Of a DNA stretch of 64,000 nt, positions 13,704 to 27,365 are shown piece by piece. Source of the stretch: Eledone cirrhosa (Eukaryota); the NCBI GenBank assembly GCA_964016885.1, contig OZ024743.1, positions 226,052,001-226,116,000 of the forward strand. Direction: 5' to 3'. The translations under genes and the position numbers were made by a program. Numbering within the stretch: position 1 is the stretch's first letter; each line of letters opens with the position of its first letter. The notes under the pieces are model-generated. The model was not told where the DNA came from, did not search any database, and saw only the letters and a program-made list of their open reading frames with translations.

Positions 13704-14287
13704 TCTATATATCTAAAACAGAGAATGTCTGTCTGTCTCCCTAAAACTCGAGAACCACCCAACCGATTGTTTTCAAACTTCACACATGTAATACTTATGG
13801 TCCTGTGAGTGTTTTCAGCAAAAACATTAGGCGATTTAGCGAACTCTCTCTATAATTCTTAGTCTTTCTTTTTAGATACATACATAGATATAACGTTGCG
13901 CCTTATGATATCTGTCTGTATGTCTGGCTGTCTACATTACCACATTATGACGCTATATGTGTGTGTGTGTGCATATATGTATATATAGTGTGTATATATA
14001 TATAGTTTGTAACGTTTTTCGAATTATTTACTTCTGCGTTCACAGATTGTTTTTTGGGGGTTTCAGAAGATCCCGTTAAGGGTGAAAGCAGCGATTCTTT
14101 GCATAAATTTTAATCTGTTATTTTAATATATATATATAATTATATATTCGTGTACATATATTTTTGCACATACAATAACAAAATATAAACAAACGTATTT
14201 ATTTCACAAGGCTCGATAAGGATAAATAGATATCAAATATATAAGAACCCTGAGAAAATCCCGAGCGACGCCGAGCCATTCTGCTAG
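13704..14287 (+). mobile_element. Non-autonomous Helitron-like element
   Basis: 5' A|TCTATATATCTAAAA, (GTCT)n, AACCGATT; 3' GC-rich hairpin-like CCCGAGCGACGCCGAG then CTAG. Confidence 0.6.
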
Positions 14288-14548
14288 ATAATCTAAGAGA
14301 TTATCTGAAATAACACATATTACAAGAGCTATGGGGTAAGTTTATGACCAAAAGATAATTGAGAATATCAAAATCAACGCATTTGACAATGGCAGTGATA
14401 AGTAGCAACTATGACAATACCATAAATAGTGTCTGTGATAATAGCTACATTAAGAATAAATAGATATCAAATATATAAGAATCTTGAGCAAATCCCGAGC
14501 GACGCCGGGCCATTCTGCTAGATAATCTAAGAGATTACCCAAAACCGA

Positions 14549-14830
14549 TGCTAAAGTGTTAACAATAGCTGTGAGTTTTGTGATAATAGGTACAGTGTAG
14601 GCCGTAACAGAGAAGGCAGCATTCAAAACAGTAGCTATGATATGTGTTAAAGTGTTAACAATTGCTGTGCGTTTTGTGATAATAGATACAGTAAAGGCCA
14701 TAACAGACAAGACATCATTCAAAAGAGTAGATATGATGGGTGTTAAGATGCTAGCAATAGTTGTGTGTTTTGTGAAAATAACTACAGTATAGGACATGAC
14801 AGACAAAGCATAATCCACAGCAATAGCTAT
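14549..14830. repeat. 96-bp minisatellite, ~3 diverged copies
   Basis: Units start at 14552, 14648, 14744. Confidence 0.8.
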
Positions 14831-17066
14831 AACACAGGTAATAATAACAGCTATGAGTAGTTTGGAACTGGAAGCTACAAACCATTGTTATGATAATAGC
14901 TAATAGAAATAACTAAGACAACTTCTAAAATGCCAGTTGTGATAGAAGCTATGACTGAAGATATGAGAAAAGTTAATCACCTCTGACTATGAGAATTGAT
15001 ATTGCATTTAACTCTTTTGTGATAGTATTTCTCATAATTACTCACTCTATTTCAATTAATCAATGATTATGAATAGATTAATTATAAAGATGATCTATTT
15101 CATATAACTTAACAAAAGGTATGCATATATAATTATGATAGAAGATTTCAATTCAAATAGAAATCCATTAAAACAAGTGGCAGTGTTTCATAGAACCTGA
15201 TGCAGTTGTACCCAAATTGGTATCATAAGAATGAGAACACGTAATCAATCTTGTACAAAGAACTGATATCATAAAATCTAATAGTAAGAGCTAAGACAAC
15301 TTTTAAAATGACAGTTGTGCCCAAAGCTATGATTTTCGTTATGAGAGAAGTTAATAATTAGTTAGGACTCTTCTATGACAATCACTACGCTACTTAATTC
15401 TTAACATCTAATACCTCATGAAACCACATTAGAGTAACATTCATGAAAAATACAAAACAGTAGTATGTGTGCAGTACATACAAAATTGAATTTTAGTATT
15501 GCAAAATGTCAAAAACGATCAGCCCAGTAGTAAAGATACGATACATAATTGAACTAAAAAAAATGTTTTTAGATATTTTCTTTCGAAAGCCATAAAATGT
15601 ATTAACATTGAAACAACTATGTGAACAACTACGGCAACAAACATCAACTATAACACTATCTCCATACATTAGTTGCTTTTATAGTCGAAACGATATAAGT
15701 TTCGAAGATAACCTTTATGTAACAGTTGTGACTATAATTCAACATGGACGAAGTGACGAAGTGACAAAGCAGTTAGTTATCAGAGTCGTTAGAATGCCAG
15801 ATAGGATGACCTACCACATTTGTTCTGTCACTCTGTATTCAAATCCCATCGAGATCAACAAGTGTTAGTTCAGGATTAGGGCCAATTCTTCCTCCAAATA
15901 TAGGTCCAAATCTCTTTCGCTCTATTTCTCGTCATCTAGAAGAAAGAAATCAGCTGTGTTCTCACTTGATGCGGGATGTTATCTGCAAGAATCGAATATT
16001 CAAATCACGTTGTATGTCACAATGGCATCCCTAACACTCTATCACGAGATAAGGGCTCATGTAGATATGTAAGCGAAGTGAACCAGGGATCAAACTTGCT
16101 TTAAGAACGACGCACTAACATTTTGTTTTCTACATTTTCTAATTTATAACAAGAAAAACATCTAGGTAGGTTACCTGCGTGTGTATATGGCGGTAATAGG
16201 CATCAATTGGTAGAGGAGTTTATCAAAAAATCTGAATCTCACCTTTATATACGATCTTCAACCCTTAGCTTCGTCGTAATTCATCAAATAAGATTTCGAA
16301 GAAAATAATAAATAAAAATTCTACTCCATTGCTTTTTACAAAAAATAGTTGTATGAGCGTGTGTGTGCTTGTGTGTATATTTGTGAGTGTACGTGTGCAT
16401 GTGTGCCTGTACGTTTGTGTGTATTTGGGTGATGGGATGTTTGGATACTGTATACTTTCCGAGAAAATAAAGAAGCGACGTATATTTTTTAAAAGTTTTA
16501 CCATGTGACATTTAACGACAACAACAGTTCCTTCATCTTAAACCTCTCACCACGTCAATATCTAACTATCTTTCGTTGTACGTTAACCCATAAATAAGTG
16601 CAGGAGTTTTATCCTACTCCATCACCAACAAACCCCCTTTCTTTCTCCGATCATCGCTGTCTTTATCTTCTTATACTCGCAAACACAAAAACAATACGTA
16701 CAAAAACATACGCATACATACACACATACGTACACACATACGTACACACACATATACATACATATATACATGCACACATACATACATAGACATATACCCA
16801 TACATACATAGACATACACACATACATACATAGATACATGCACACATACATACATAGACATCCAATATAAGCATACACATCTAAAACATACATACATAAA
16901 TACATACACATGTATGCATGCACACTAACAACATATACAAACAAACACTTTCATTCATACGCATACACACACATAAATACATAGGTTCATGCACACATAC
17001 ATACGTACATACATACACATGTACAGAATGTGTACAATAACATACATGCATATATATATACACACG

Positions 17067-17164
<98 letters not shown>

Positions 17165-18181
17165 CACATATACATGAATACATGTATACATAGACAAACA
17201 CACATAGATACACACGTATATAGACGCATATATACACACTTATATACACACAAAAACCCAAACAAATATACACACTTTCAAATATATATAAATACATAAA
17301 CGCATATGCATACGTACATACATGCATACATATGCGTGAATGCGTATGTGTATGTGTGTGTGTGTGTGCATTTATGTGTCTGTGTGTGTGCATGTATGTG
17401 TGTGTGTGTGTGCATATATGTGCTTGTGTGTGTTATGTATGTATATGTGCATGTATGTGTGTGTGTGTACATGTATGTGTGCACGTGTTTTGCTTCTGTC
17501 TACCATTACCACAGTCGTTGTCTTTGACTACACCTTTTGTTTCTTCCATTTCTTTCATTCCACATTCCATCATCTTGTTAACTCGATAAAATGATAGAAG
17601 ATGCTTCTAAAATTTCCTCTTAAGGTACTTTTAAAGGATACTGCCCGGAACATTAGCAAGAAAATACTAAAAAGTTACGAATATATAAGCATACCATAAA
17701 TATAATACGGAATGACAATAAATTTGTGTAAATAGCTTTTTGGACTTTGCTTGCGGATACAGTTCAAATATGATGGAATGATTCAATTTTAGAAACCAAC
17801 GTGAACACTTAAAAAAAAAAACATTCTAAGGAAAAAATAGTAAAGAACTGTTAAGGCAAGGGTGGACCATATTAACGACATGGAAGTGTTGATGGAGTTT
17901 CACGAGGTAACGCTTTTGTAACCACATTAGCTAGAAAGTATAAAAGCTGTACAAAATCAATGAATGAGAGAGAGAGAGGGGGAGAGGGAGAGAGCGAGAG
18001 AGTGAGAGAGTGAGAGAGAGGGAGGAAAAGAGCGAGAGAGAGAAATATGTGAGAGAATAAGAGAGTGGGAAAAGAGGGAAGAGAGAAGATAGAGAGCATA
18101 CATATATTTCCAGGAATATAGATATAAGCCCATTCAACCTCTTATATCTATTTACACACACACACACGCACACACAAACAT

Positions 18182-18234
<53 letters not shown>

Positions 18235-18260
18235 TATTTACATATATACATATATATATA

Positions 18261-18314
<54 letters not shown>

Positions 18315-18317
18315 TAT

Positions 18318-18376
<59 letters not shown>

Positions 18377-18384
18377 TATACATA

Positions 18385-18470
18385 TACACAGAGTGTTCCC
18401 ACAAAATATATACACATACTTATTAGAATGCACTTGAAATGTATATACATTTTTTTGGACACCGTCTATA
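18385..18470. mobile_element. ~80-bp Tc1/mariner-type MITE hairpin
   Basis: CAGAGTGTTCCCACAAAATATATACAC..GTATATACATTTTTTTGGACACCG; related to 60275-60353. Confidence 0.5.
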
Positions 18471-18620
18471 TGCATATATATTCATGCAGACCCGTACTAA
18501 AGTCACCCTTGTACTGATAGGACACACAGAATGAGCAAGCATATATATATATATATACACATACATGCGTATAAATCCTTATATGAAACTAACGTATGTA
18601 TATATGTATATCTATATATA

Positions 18621-18808
18621 TAATTGTTTCTACTTTAGGCACCAGGTCAGCAAATACCCAGTGCATTACTGGGACTTTATTTTATCGACCCCGTAAGGAT
18701 GAAAGGCAAAGTCAACCTCGGCGGGGTTTGAACTCAGACCGCAAAGGGACGTAACTATGCTGGAAAGCATGGCGTCCGACCCTCTACCGATACTGCCAAT
18801 CCACCGCC
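18621..18808 (-). mobile_element. SINE family A
   Basis: Full-length copy with A and B boxes. Confidence 0.9.
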
Positions 18809-18809
18809 C

Positions 18810-18840
<31 letters not shown>

Positions 18841-19363
18841 ATATTTGGGGAGGGTCATATTTGCGTAATATTGCCAGAATTAATAACAGAACACACTCAC
18901 TGTTTGGTTGGTTTTCGCTTCTCGCTGTCTTTTATATATATATATCTGCGATCTAGCTTACTCGGTCCTCAATGTTGCCATTGACTGACCGGCGGTCAAA
19001 AATAATACCGATACAATATAGACAAACACATATATATATAGTTTACATAAATCTTTCGTTGCACATCTGCAACATCGTCAGTGGTGTTATATTCATTGTT
19101 CCTCCTGTTGTGTTGTATGTCTACGCCATTTTTTTTGTTCAGTCTGTCTATATATTTATTTATTTATTTGCTTGTTTGTTTATCTTATTTTATTTTGTCT
19201 TCTTTGCGCATGCGTTTGCGTGTGTGTATAGTGTTATGTGTGATGTGTGATGTGTGACTAGTGTGTATAGTGTTGTCTGCTGGGTGACTAGTGTGTGTTT
19301 ATGTGCTTGTGTATGTATTTATTTATCTTATTTTATTTAATTTAATTTAATTTACTTATTTAT

Positions 19364-20520
19364 TTATACTTCTCTTAGGTCAGTGTTGTTTGTTTGGGTG
19401 TTGTTGTTGTTCCACTCATTCTTTCTGTTTAGCTTTGGTCTTCTAATTTCTATTTCACTGGCCTCTCTGATTTGCCTATCTGCTGGGTCATTCCTATGTT
19501 TAGATATTATTCTAATTTCTATGTTGTCTATGTTACCGTCATGATGTTGTCTAGCATGTTCGTATAGTACTGACCCGTTTTTTCGTCCTTTTAGTTCCCC
19601 CCAGTGTTGGTCTATCCTTTCACCTATGCTACGAGCTGTCTCACCTATGTATGTTGTTGTCGTGTTTCTGCAAGTACCCTCTGTACATCTTATGCTATAG
19701 ACTACGTTTCTAGTTTTACAGTTTATCCGGGGGTTCACCTTACATATGATACATTTCCTATTGGTACAGTGGGTTTTCTTAAAAGGGTAGGTTTTGCTGA
19801 TCAGGGATTTTATGGTGGTTCCTGGCTTTTCTACCACCTTTATTTTTAAGTGGGTCTTTCTCAGGGCCTTTCTACACTGGTTAGCTAATTTCCCTCCAGG
19901 GGTGGCGTCCACAAACATGACACTCTGATATCTCTGGTTGTCGTACCATGATGTGGCCTTCCCTATCTTATGTCTAGCCCTATCTAAGCTATTCCATGAT
20001 TTGCTCCTGTATAGTGGGCAAATTCCTTTCATGTCCAGTTCTATGAGGGTCTTATACTTTTCCATGGCTCCTTCGTATACTCTGACTCTGTCTCTTTGGT
20101 TGTAGCCAGAGAACTGCATGCGGTTGATGAAGTGTTGGATGTGTCCTTCCATTTCTGTTGGGTCGCACATGCTGGACACATTCTTCATCACTCGTACCAA
20201 ATCTGCGATCAGAATATTAAACTTAGCACTACTGGACATTGCTGAGTTTTTGAGTATCAGGTATTTGGAGGCCATGGGTTTAGCATAGTGTGAGTGGAGA
20301 ATTTGGGCTCTCTCGTCTATAGTGTTAATCCAGAGTTCTGTGTCTAATACAGGTAGTCTATTGTTAGGGTGTTTGGAAGGGAAGTCTATAGTTACAGTTA
20401 TACTCTGGTGTATGGAATTAGCTATCTGCTGGATGCTTTCCATCGTGCTACGTTCTAAATCAAACTTGTTAGTGCTGTCTAGTGGGGGTGTTCTTATAAC
20501 TATATTGATATCGTCTACAT
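19364..20520 (-). pseudogene. Inverted partial copy of the PLE1 ORF (from the YVDD codons to the stop)
   Basis: Translation identical to the C-terminal part of 21609-25238. Confidence 0.9.
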
Positions 20521-21107
20521 CATGGTACGACAACCAGAGATATCAGAGTGTCATGTTTGTGGACGCCACCCCTGGAGGGAAATTAGCTAACCAGTGTAGA
20601 AAGGCCCTGAGAAAGACCCACTTAAAAATAAAGGTGGTAGAAAAGCCAGGAACCACCATAAAATCCCTGATCAGCAAAACCTACCCTTTTAAGAAAACCC
20701 ACTGTACCAATAGGAAATGTATCATATGTAAGGTGAACCCCCGGATAAACTGTAAAACTAGAAACGTAGTCTATAGCATAAGATGTACAGAGGGTACTTG
20801 CAGAAACACGACAACAACATACATAGGTGAGACAGCTCGTAGCATAGGTGAAAGGATAGACCAACACTGGGGGGAACTAAAAGGACGAAAAAACGGGTCA
20901 GTACTATACGAACATGCTAGACAACATCATGACGGTAACATAGACAACATAGAAATTAGAATAATATCTAAACATAGGAATGACCCAGCAGATAGGCAAA
21001 TCAGAGAGGCCAGTGAAATAGAAATTAGAAGACCAAAGCTAAACAGAAAGAATGAGTGGAACAACAACAACACCCAAACAAACAACACTGACCTAAGAGA
21101 AGTATAA
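20517..21107 (+). pseudogene. Partial tandem copy of the PLE1 GIY-YIG region
   Basis: TSWYDNQRY...DLREV identical to the ORF end. Confidence 0.9.
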
Positions 21108-21383
21108 ATAAATAAGTAAATTAAATTAAATTAAATAAAATAAGATAAATAAATACATACACAAGCACATAAACACACACTAGTCACCCAGCAGACAACA
21201 CTATACACACTAGTCACACATCACACATCACACATAACACTATACACACACGCAAACGCATGCGCAAAGAAGACAAAATAAAATAAGATAAACAAACAAG
21301 CAAATAAATAAATAAATATATAGACAGACTGAACAAAAAAAATGGCGTAGACATACAACACAACAGGAGGAACAATGAATATA

Positions 21384-21430
21384 ACACCACTGACGATGTT
21401 GCAGATGTGCAACGAAAGATTTATGTAAAC
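21384..21430 (+). ncRNA. HHR motif in PLE1 upstream pLTR
   Basis: CTGACGA-T-GTTGCA-GATG-TGCAAC-GAAA-GATTTA; stem I imperfect. Confidence 0.7.
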
Positions 21431-21608
21431 TATATATATATGTGTTTGTCTATATTGTATCTGTATTATTTTTGACCGCCGGTCAGTCAATGGCAACATT
21501 GAGGACCGAGTAAGCTAGATCGCAGATATATATATATAAAAGACAGCGAGAAGCGAAAACCAAACAGTGAGTGTGTTCTGTTATTAATTCTGGCAATATT
21601 ACGCAAAT

Positions 21609-24600
21609 ATGACCCTCCCCAAATATAACAATATCTGTTTCGACACACGATTTCATATAAAAAACCTCGCAAAACTAATTCATCGCCGCTATGGCATTAG
21701 CTTGTGCCAAGCTGAAAGGTTATTGAAAGACACTGTTTTCTGTTATATAAAAACTACAATAACAACAGAACAAATCCGCTTCTTAAAACACTGTGTTTCC
21801 TCCAAAACATACACAACAAACATATCAAAACAAGTAAATAATTTATTATTGAACAAAACACAAGCTGAACGGCTAAAACACACAATAACAGTTAATATGA
21901 AAAGAACAACATACACAAAAGTCAACGCACTCTACAGACAAAAACGCATCAACGGTAAGGAAATCCGAAATCTCATCACAGCAAACGAGAGAGATGACTT
22001 CATGAGCGTCATCCGACGCGAAACGAAATATGCTCAAAACGAATGCTGTAGGCATTTCAAGAAGAAATTAGAATGGATGAATAAGAAAAAACTACAAGAA
22101 AGGAAAATCGAATATTCTCAAAAATACCCAGATAACATCGACAACATCCGTATGAGTGATGTAAAACTACCGGAAGAATTTACCAATGACCACACAGTAA
22201 ATATCTATGGGAACACTTTAATCAGTGAACAAGAACAACAAATCCTAAAGTTACCACCAAAATTTGCCATCTACAAAAAGATTAATCCTATGGAATGCAA
22301 AACGGAGCTGGAAAAGTGTTTCACAAAAATACGTTGGAATGCAAAGGTAAACAACAACAACAATAATAACGGTAGTAGTAATATAAACAATAACTCTGGG
22401 TATAGAAATAACAGCCATAACCATAACAATGGCAGGAAAGTGAGAAATAGTGATAATGGTAATAATACTAGCGATAGACAGAACAACAACAACCACAATA
22501 ATAATAATAATAGAAACGTTAACCACAGACACAGCAACAGTGACCACAGTAGTAATAACGGTAACAATACGAACAACAACAACAACAATAACCACAGTGG
22601 TAATAATGGAAATAGTACATGTAGCAACATCAACAAAAACAAGAAACATAATAATAGTAACAACCACAATGGTAGAAATAGCAGTAACAACAACAATAAC
22701 GGTGAAGTAAACAACAATACATCTAGCAATCATAACAATAATAATATTAATGCTAAGGATAGAAACAACAACAACCACCATGATAACAATAATAGCAACA
22801 CACACAACTATGACGATAGAAATAACGACAACCCCTTAGAGAAACTATTTTTCAACCCAGCTGACAAAACATATAAGATGGGTAATATCTATCCTACGAG
22901 GTTACCCTTTAATAAAAGAGTTTGCATACCACAACAAATAGATGACGAGACGGAGGCACAGTTCACCATAGCTAGAAATAAGATTAGACAAGTAGTAGAC
23001 AGGTACACTATGAGACAGAGCAGACCAGAGGCCCAACAACTTGGGATAAAACCTGTAGAAGGCTTGGTTAGCCTCAAGCAGCGCACAAGGGATGGTGAGG
23101 TAGTGTGTCTACCCACAGATAAGTCTGGTAGGATGTCAATAGATAGCATGCCGAACTACATCGAGGCAATGCAACCCCACATCACCAACACGAGCGAAGT
23201 TGCACAACTAACACACGATGGGAGAGAAAAAATCCTCAACGCTCACATGATGATGTGGACTGACATCCTAAAGCCAAGCAGACGCACTGCCAACAACTTC
23301 CAGGCGTCTAACAATGGCATACCACCCTTGTATGGGCTCCGCAAAGACCACAAGACAGTCGACGACCCGACAATAGGACCACCAACAAGACCTGTATGCG
23401 GAGCTAATATAGCTAGCAACTACAGGATCTCCTACTTCCTCTCAATGGTTATACGCCCCATAATCAAGATGTCCCCAGATGTATGTGAAAGTACAGAGGA
23501 CCTCCTCAGCAGAATCAGTGAGTGCAACAAAAACAGGAGCCTATCCAACTGCATAATAGGCAGCATGGATGTGGTGTCACTGTACCCATCCATTAACATT
23601 GATTTTGCTGTGAAAAGATGTGTGGAGATGATCATTGAGAGTGAGGTGGAGTTCTGCGACGTCGACACAGACGAACTGGGCCTCCTACTTAGACTTACCT
23701 ACGACACTGACTACCTAGACAGCCATGACCTTAGATGTTTCTGCCCTAGTAGACCTATAAGAGGTAGACCCCCCACCATAACCTCAATGGCTAAAAAGAC
23801 TCCCATAGGAAGGTGGATTGGGTGGACCAAAGCTATACGGACCCCCCAAAACACTGATCAGGTAAGAAAAATGGTCGCACATGCAATAGGGGCTAGTATC
23901 AAAACTACCCTAAAGGGCCACATATTTAAGTTCAATGAGAAAATCTACACCCAAAATGAGGGAGCAGCCATCGGCGTCAGCATAGCTGGCGATGTTGCCA
24001 ACCTTTTCATGGTATGGTGGGAAAGGAGACTTAAAGATCTCCTTAATGAAAGCTCCATAGACCTCATCATGTACTCTCGTTATGTAGACGATATCAATAT
24101 AGTTATAAGAACACCCCCACTAGACAGCACTAACAAGTTTGATTTAGAACGTAGCACGATGGAAAGCATCCAGCAGATAGCTAATTCCATACACCAGAGT
24201 ATAACTGTAACTATAGACTTCCCTTCCAAACACCCTAACAATAGACTACCTGTATTAGACACAGAACTCTGGATTAACACTATAGACGAGAGAGCCCAAA
24301 TTCTCCACTCACACTATGCTAAACCCATGGCCTCCAAATACCTGATACTCAAAAACTCAGCAATGTCCAGTAGTGCTAAGTTTAATATTCTGATCGCAGA
24401 TTTGGTACGAGTGATGAAGAATGTGTCCAGCATGTGCGACCCAACAGAAATGGAAGGACACATCCAACACTTCATCAACCGCATGCAGTTCTCTGGCTAC
24501 AACCAAAGAGACAGAGTCAGAGTATACGAAGGAGCCATGGAAAAGTATAAGACCCTCATAGAACTGGACATGAAAGGAATTTGCCCACTATACAGGAGCA

Positions 24601-25238
24601 AATCATGGAATAGCTTAGATAGGGCTAGACATAAGATAGGGAAGGCCACATCATGGTACGACAACCAGAGATATCAGAGTGTCATGTTTGTGGACGCCAC
24701 CCCTGGAGGGAAATTAGCTAACCAGTGTAGAAAGGCCCTGAGAAAGACCCACTTAAAAATAAAGGTGGTAGAAAAGCCAGGAACCACCATAAAATCCCTG
24801 ATCAGCAAAACCTACCCTTTTAAGAAAACCCACTGTACCAATAGGAAATGTATCATATGTAAGGTGAACCCCCGGATAAACTGTAAAACTAGAAACGTAG
24901 TCTATAGCATAAGATGTACAGAGGGTACTTGCAGAAACACGACAACAACATACATAGGTGAGACAGCTCGTAGCATAGGTGAAAGGATAGACCAACACTG
25001 GGGGGAACTAAAAGGACGAAAAAACGGGTCAGTACTATACGAACATGCTAGACAACATCATGACGGTAACATAGACAACATAGAAATTAGAATAATATCT
25101 AAACATAGGAATGACCCAGCAGATAGGCAAATCAGAGAGGCCAGTGAAATAGAAATTAGAAGACCAAAGCTAAACAGAAAGAATGAGTGGAACAACAACA
25201 ACACCCAAACAAACAACACTGACCTAAGAGAAGTATAA
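21609..25238 (+). CDS. PLE polyprotein: N-terminal domain, Asn-rich insert, reverse transcriptase, Cys cluster, GIY-YIG endonuclease (Neptune-like layout)
   Basis: TDKSG, YGLRKDHK, RPV, SMDVVSLYPSI, QNEGAAIG, SRYVDD, LPVLD; CxxxxCxxC; VVY..YIGETAR..ER..H..E..LN; uninterrupted 1209 aa. Confidence 0.95.
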   Translation: MTLPKYNNICFDTRFHIKNLAKLIHRRYGISLCQAERLLKDTVFCYIKTTITTEQIRFLKHCVSSKTYTTNISKQVNNLLLNKTQAERLKHTITVNMKRTTYTKVNALYRQKRINGKEIRNLITANERDDFMSVIRRETKYAQNECCRHFKKKLEWMNKKKLQERKIEYSQKYPDNIDNIRMSDVKLPEEFTNDHTVNIYGNTLISEQEQQILKLPPKFAIYKKINPMECKTELEKCFTKIRWNAKVNNNNNNNGSSNINNNSGYRNNSHNHNNGRKVRNSDNGNNTSDRQNNNNHNNNNNRNVNHRHSNSDHSSNNGNNTNNNNNNNHSGNNGNSTCSNINKNKKHNNSNNHNGRNSSNNNNNGEVNNNTSSNHNNNNINAKDRNNNNHHDNNNSNTHNYDDRNNDNPLEKLFFNPADKTYKMGNIYPTRLPFNKRVCIPQQIDDETEAQFTIARNKIRQVVDRYTMRQSRPEAQQLGIKPVEGLVSLKQRTRDGEVVCLPTDKSGRMSIDSMPNYIEAMQPHITNTSEVAQLTHDGREKILNAHMMMWTDILKPSRRTANNFQASNNGIPPLYGLRKDHKTVDDPTIGPPTRPVCGANIASNYRISYFLSMVIRPIIKMSPDVCESTEDLLSRISECNKNRSLSNCIIGSMDVVSLYPSINIDFAVKRCVEMIIESEVEFCDVDTDELGLLLRLTYDTDYLDSHDLRCFCPSRPIRGRPPTITSMAKKTPIGRWIGWTKAIRTPQNTDQVRKMVAHAIGASIKTTLKGHIFKFNEKIYTQNEGAAIGVSIAGDVANLFMVWWERRLKDLLNESSIDLIMYSRYVDDINIVIRTPPLDSTNKFDLERSTMESIQQIANSIHQSITVTIDFPSKHPNNRLPVLDTELWINTIDERAQILHSHYAKPMASKYLILKNSAMSSSAKFNILIADLVRVMKNVSSMCDPTEMEGHIQHFINRMQFSGYNQRDRVRVYEGAMEKYKTLIELDMKGICPLYRSKSWNSLDRARHKIGKATSWYDNQRYQSVMFVDATPGGKLANQCRKALRKTHLKIKVVEKPGTTIKSLISKTYPFKKTHCTNRKCIICKVNPRINCKTRNVVYSIRCTEGTCRNTTTTYIGETARSIGERIDQHWGELKGRKNGSVLYEHARQHHDGNIDNIEIRIISKHRNDPADRQIREASEIEIRRPKLNRKNEWNNNNTQTNNTDLREV

Positions 25239-25514
25239 ATAAATAAGTAAATTAAATTAAATTAAATAAAATAAGATAAATAAATACATACACAAGCACA
25301 TAAACACACACTAGTCACCCAGCAGACAACACTATACACACTAGTCACACATCACACATCACACATAACACTATACACACACGCAAACGCATGCGCAAAG
25401 AAGACAAAATAAAATAAGATAAACAAACAAGCAAATAAATAAATAAATATATAGACAGACTGAACAAAAAAAATGGCGTAGACATACAACACAACAGGAG
25501 GAACAATGAATATA

Positions 25515-25561
25515 ACACCACTGACGATGTTGCAGATGTGCAACGAAAGATTTATGTAAAC
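25515..25561 (+). ncRNA. HHR motif in PLE1 3' pLTR (mirror copy 19041-19087 on minus)
   Basis: Same sequence as 21384-21430. Confidence 0.7.
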
Positions 25562-25823
25562 TATATATATATGTGTTTGTCTATATTGTATCGGTATTAT
25601 TTTTGACCGCCGGTCAGTCAATGGCAACATTGAGGACCGAGTAAGCTAGATCGCAGATATATATATATAAAAGACAGCGAGAAGCGAAAACCAACCAAAC
25701 AGTGAGTGTGTTCTGTTATTAATTCTGGCAATATTACGCAAATATGACCCTCCCCAAATATAACAATATCTGTTTCGACACACGATTTCATATAAAAAAC
25801 CTCGCAAAACTAATTCATCGCCG

Positions 25824-26119
<296 letters not shown>

Positions 26120-26255
26120 CTACATATTAAGGTGAAGATAATAAGTAACAAAAGAAAAAAATAGTGTTGACGATATTGCCTTTCAGGAACACTACACTCA
26201 AAGGTGGTGTTCCAGAATTTGGAGCCAGTAAAATATACATACACACACACGCGCG

Positions 26256-26367
<112 letters not shown>

Positions 26368-26803
26368 AATATAATGACAGAAATAGATAGATATAGAGCG
26401 TGTGTGAGTATGTGTGCCTGTGTGTGTGTGTGTGAGAGAGAGAGATAGAGATAGAGATAGAGAGAGATAGTGAGATATAGAGATAGAGATAGAGAGAGAG
26501 GGGGGGGGGGAGAGAGAGAGAGAGCAACACTGGTTAAATAATATTTTTTTCTCCCTTGTCAGAAGGCAATTTTCAATGACCTCTGTATTATATATATAGC
26601 TAAAAGCTACTATTATTTCCATGGTCAGGAAAATGTGTGACCCCTGTCTTAAGAACTGAAACAAATCAGGTCAATTTTCGTCTTTTCATTATTTTGAGAA
26701 AGACATTTCCTATTAGTAGGACTAAACATGTCTATTTAGTAAAAGACACACCTCCGTGAATTTACATTACACACATAACTATATATATATCGAGATACGT
26801 ACG

Positions 26804-27365
26804 ATACGTACATATATATATGTGTGCATGTATGTATATATATACATACTACTGTACGTCTGTATACATATATGTATGTACGTATACATACTTATATTTA
26901 AGTAACAGCCGTACTAAGAGTGAGAAATGAAATTTCGTTTCATTTTTTCCGTTTATCGTTTTCGGTGCGCCCGGCCGATTAACTCACTCGATATGCAAAT
27001 TAGCCTGCTCAGCCGTTAATATGCATAAGGAAAGTATATACTTTCAGACATTCAATCATCTGGCAGGAAGGTATACGGTGCTGACGATAGCTAATAAGCT
27101 TGAAACTAGTACATCGTTCCTTTGTCAGTGTTGAACAAAAGGGTAACGATGGTTGCTAAACACTGTACAGCTTAATTCGGGATGTTGTTTACAAACACAC
27201 TGAGCATTATAATAAATGTTCGGTGAATCCATACGTACATATATATGTGTGCATGTATGTATATATATACATACTACTGTACGTCTGTATACATATATGT
27301 ATGTACGTATACATACTTAACAGCCGTACTAAGAGTGAGAAATGAAATTTCGTTTCATTTTTTCC

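Noticed and set aside
14450-14818. 122-aa hydrophobic repeat ORF
   Set aside because: Explained by the 96-bp minisatellite and runs into the Helitron-like end
20322-20533. N-termini of ORFs 20322-21107 and 19364-20533
   Set aside because: Chance read-through across the inversion junction
21505-21570. Possible short intron in the PLE1 pLTR (GTAAGC..CAG)
   Set aside because: No polypyrimidine tract and no transcript evidence
26993-27000. Octamer ATGCAAAT inside the retrozyme-like unit
   Set aside because: A single 8-mer is expected by chance in AT-rich DNA
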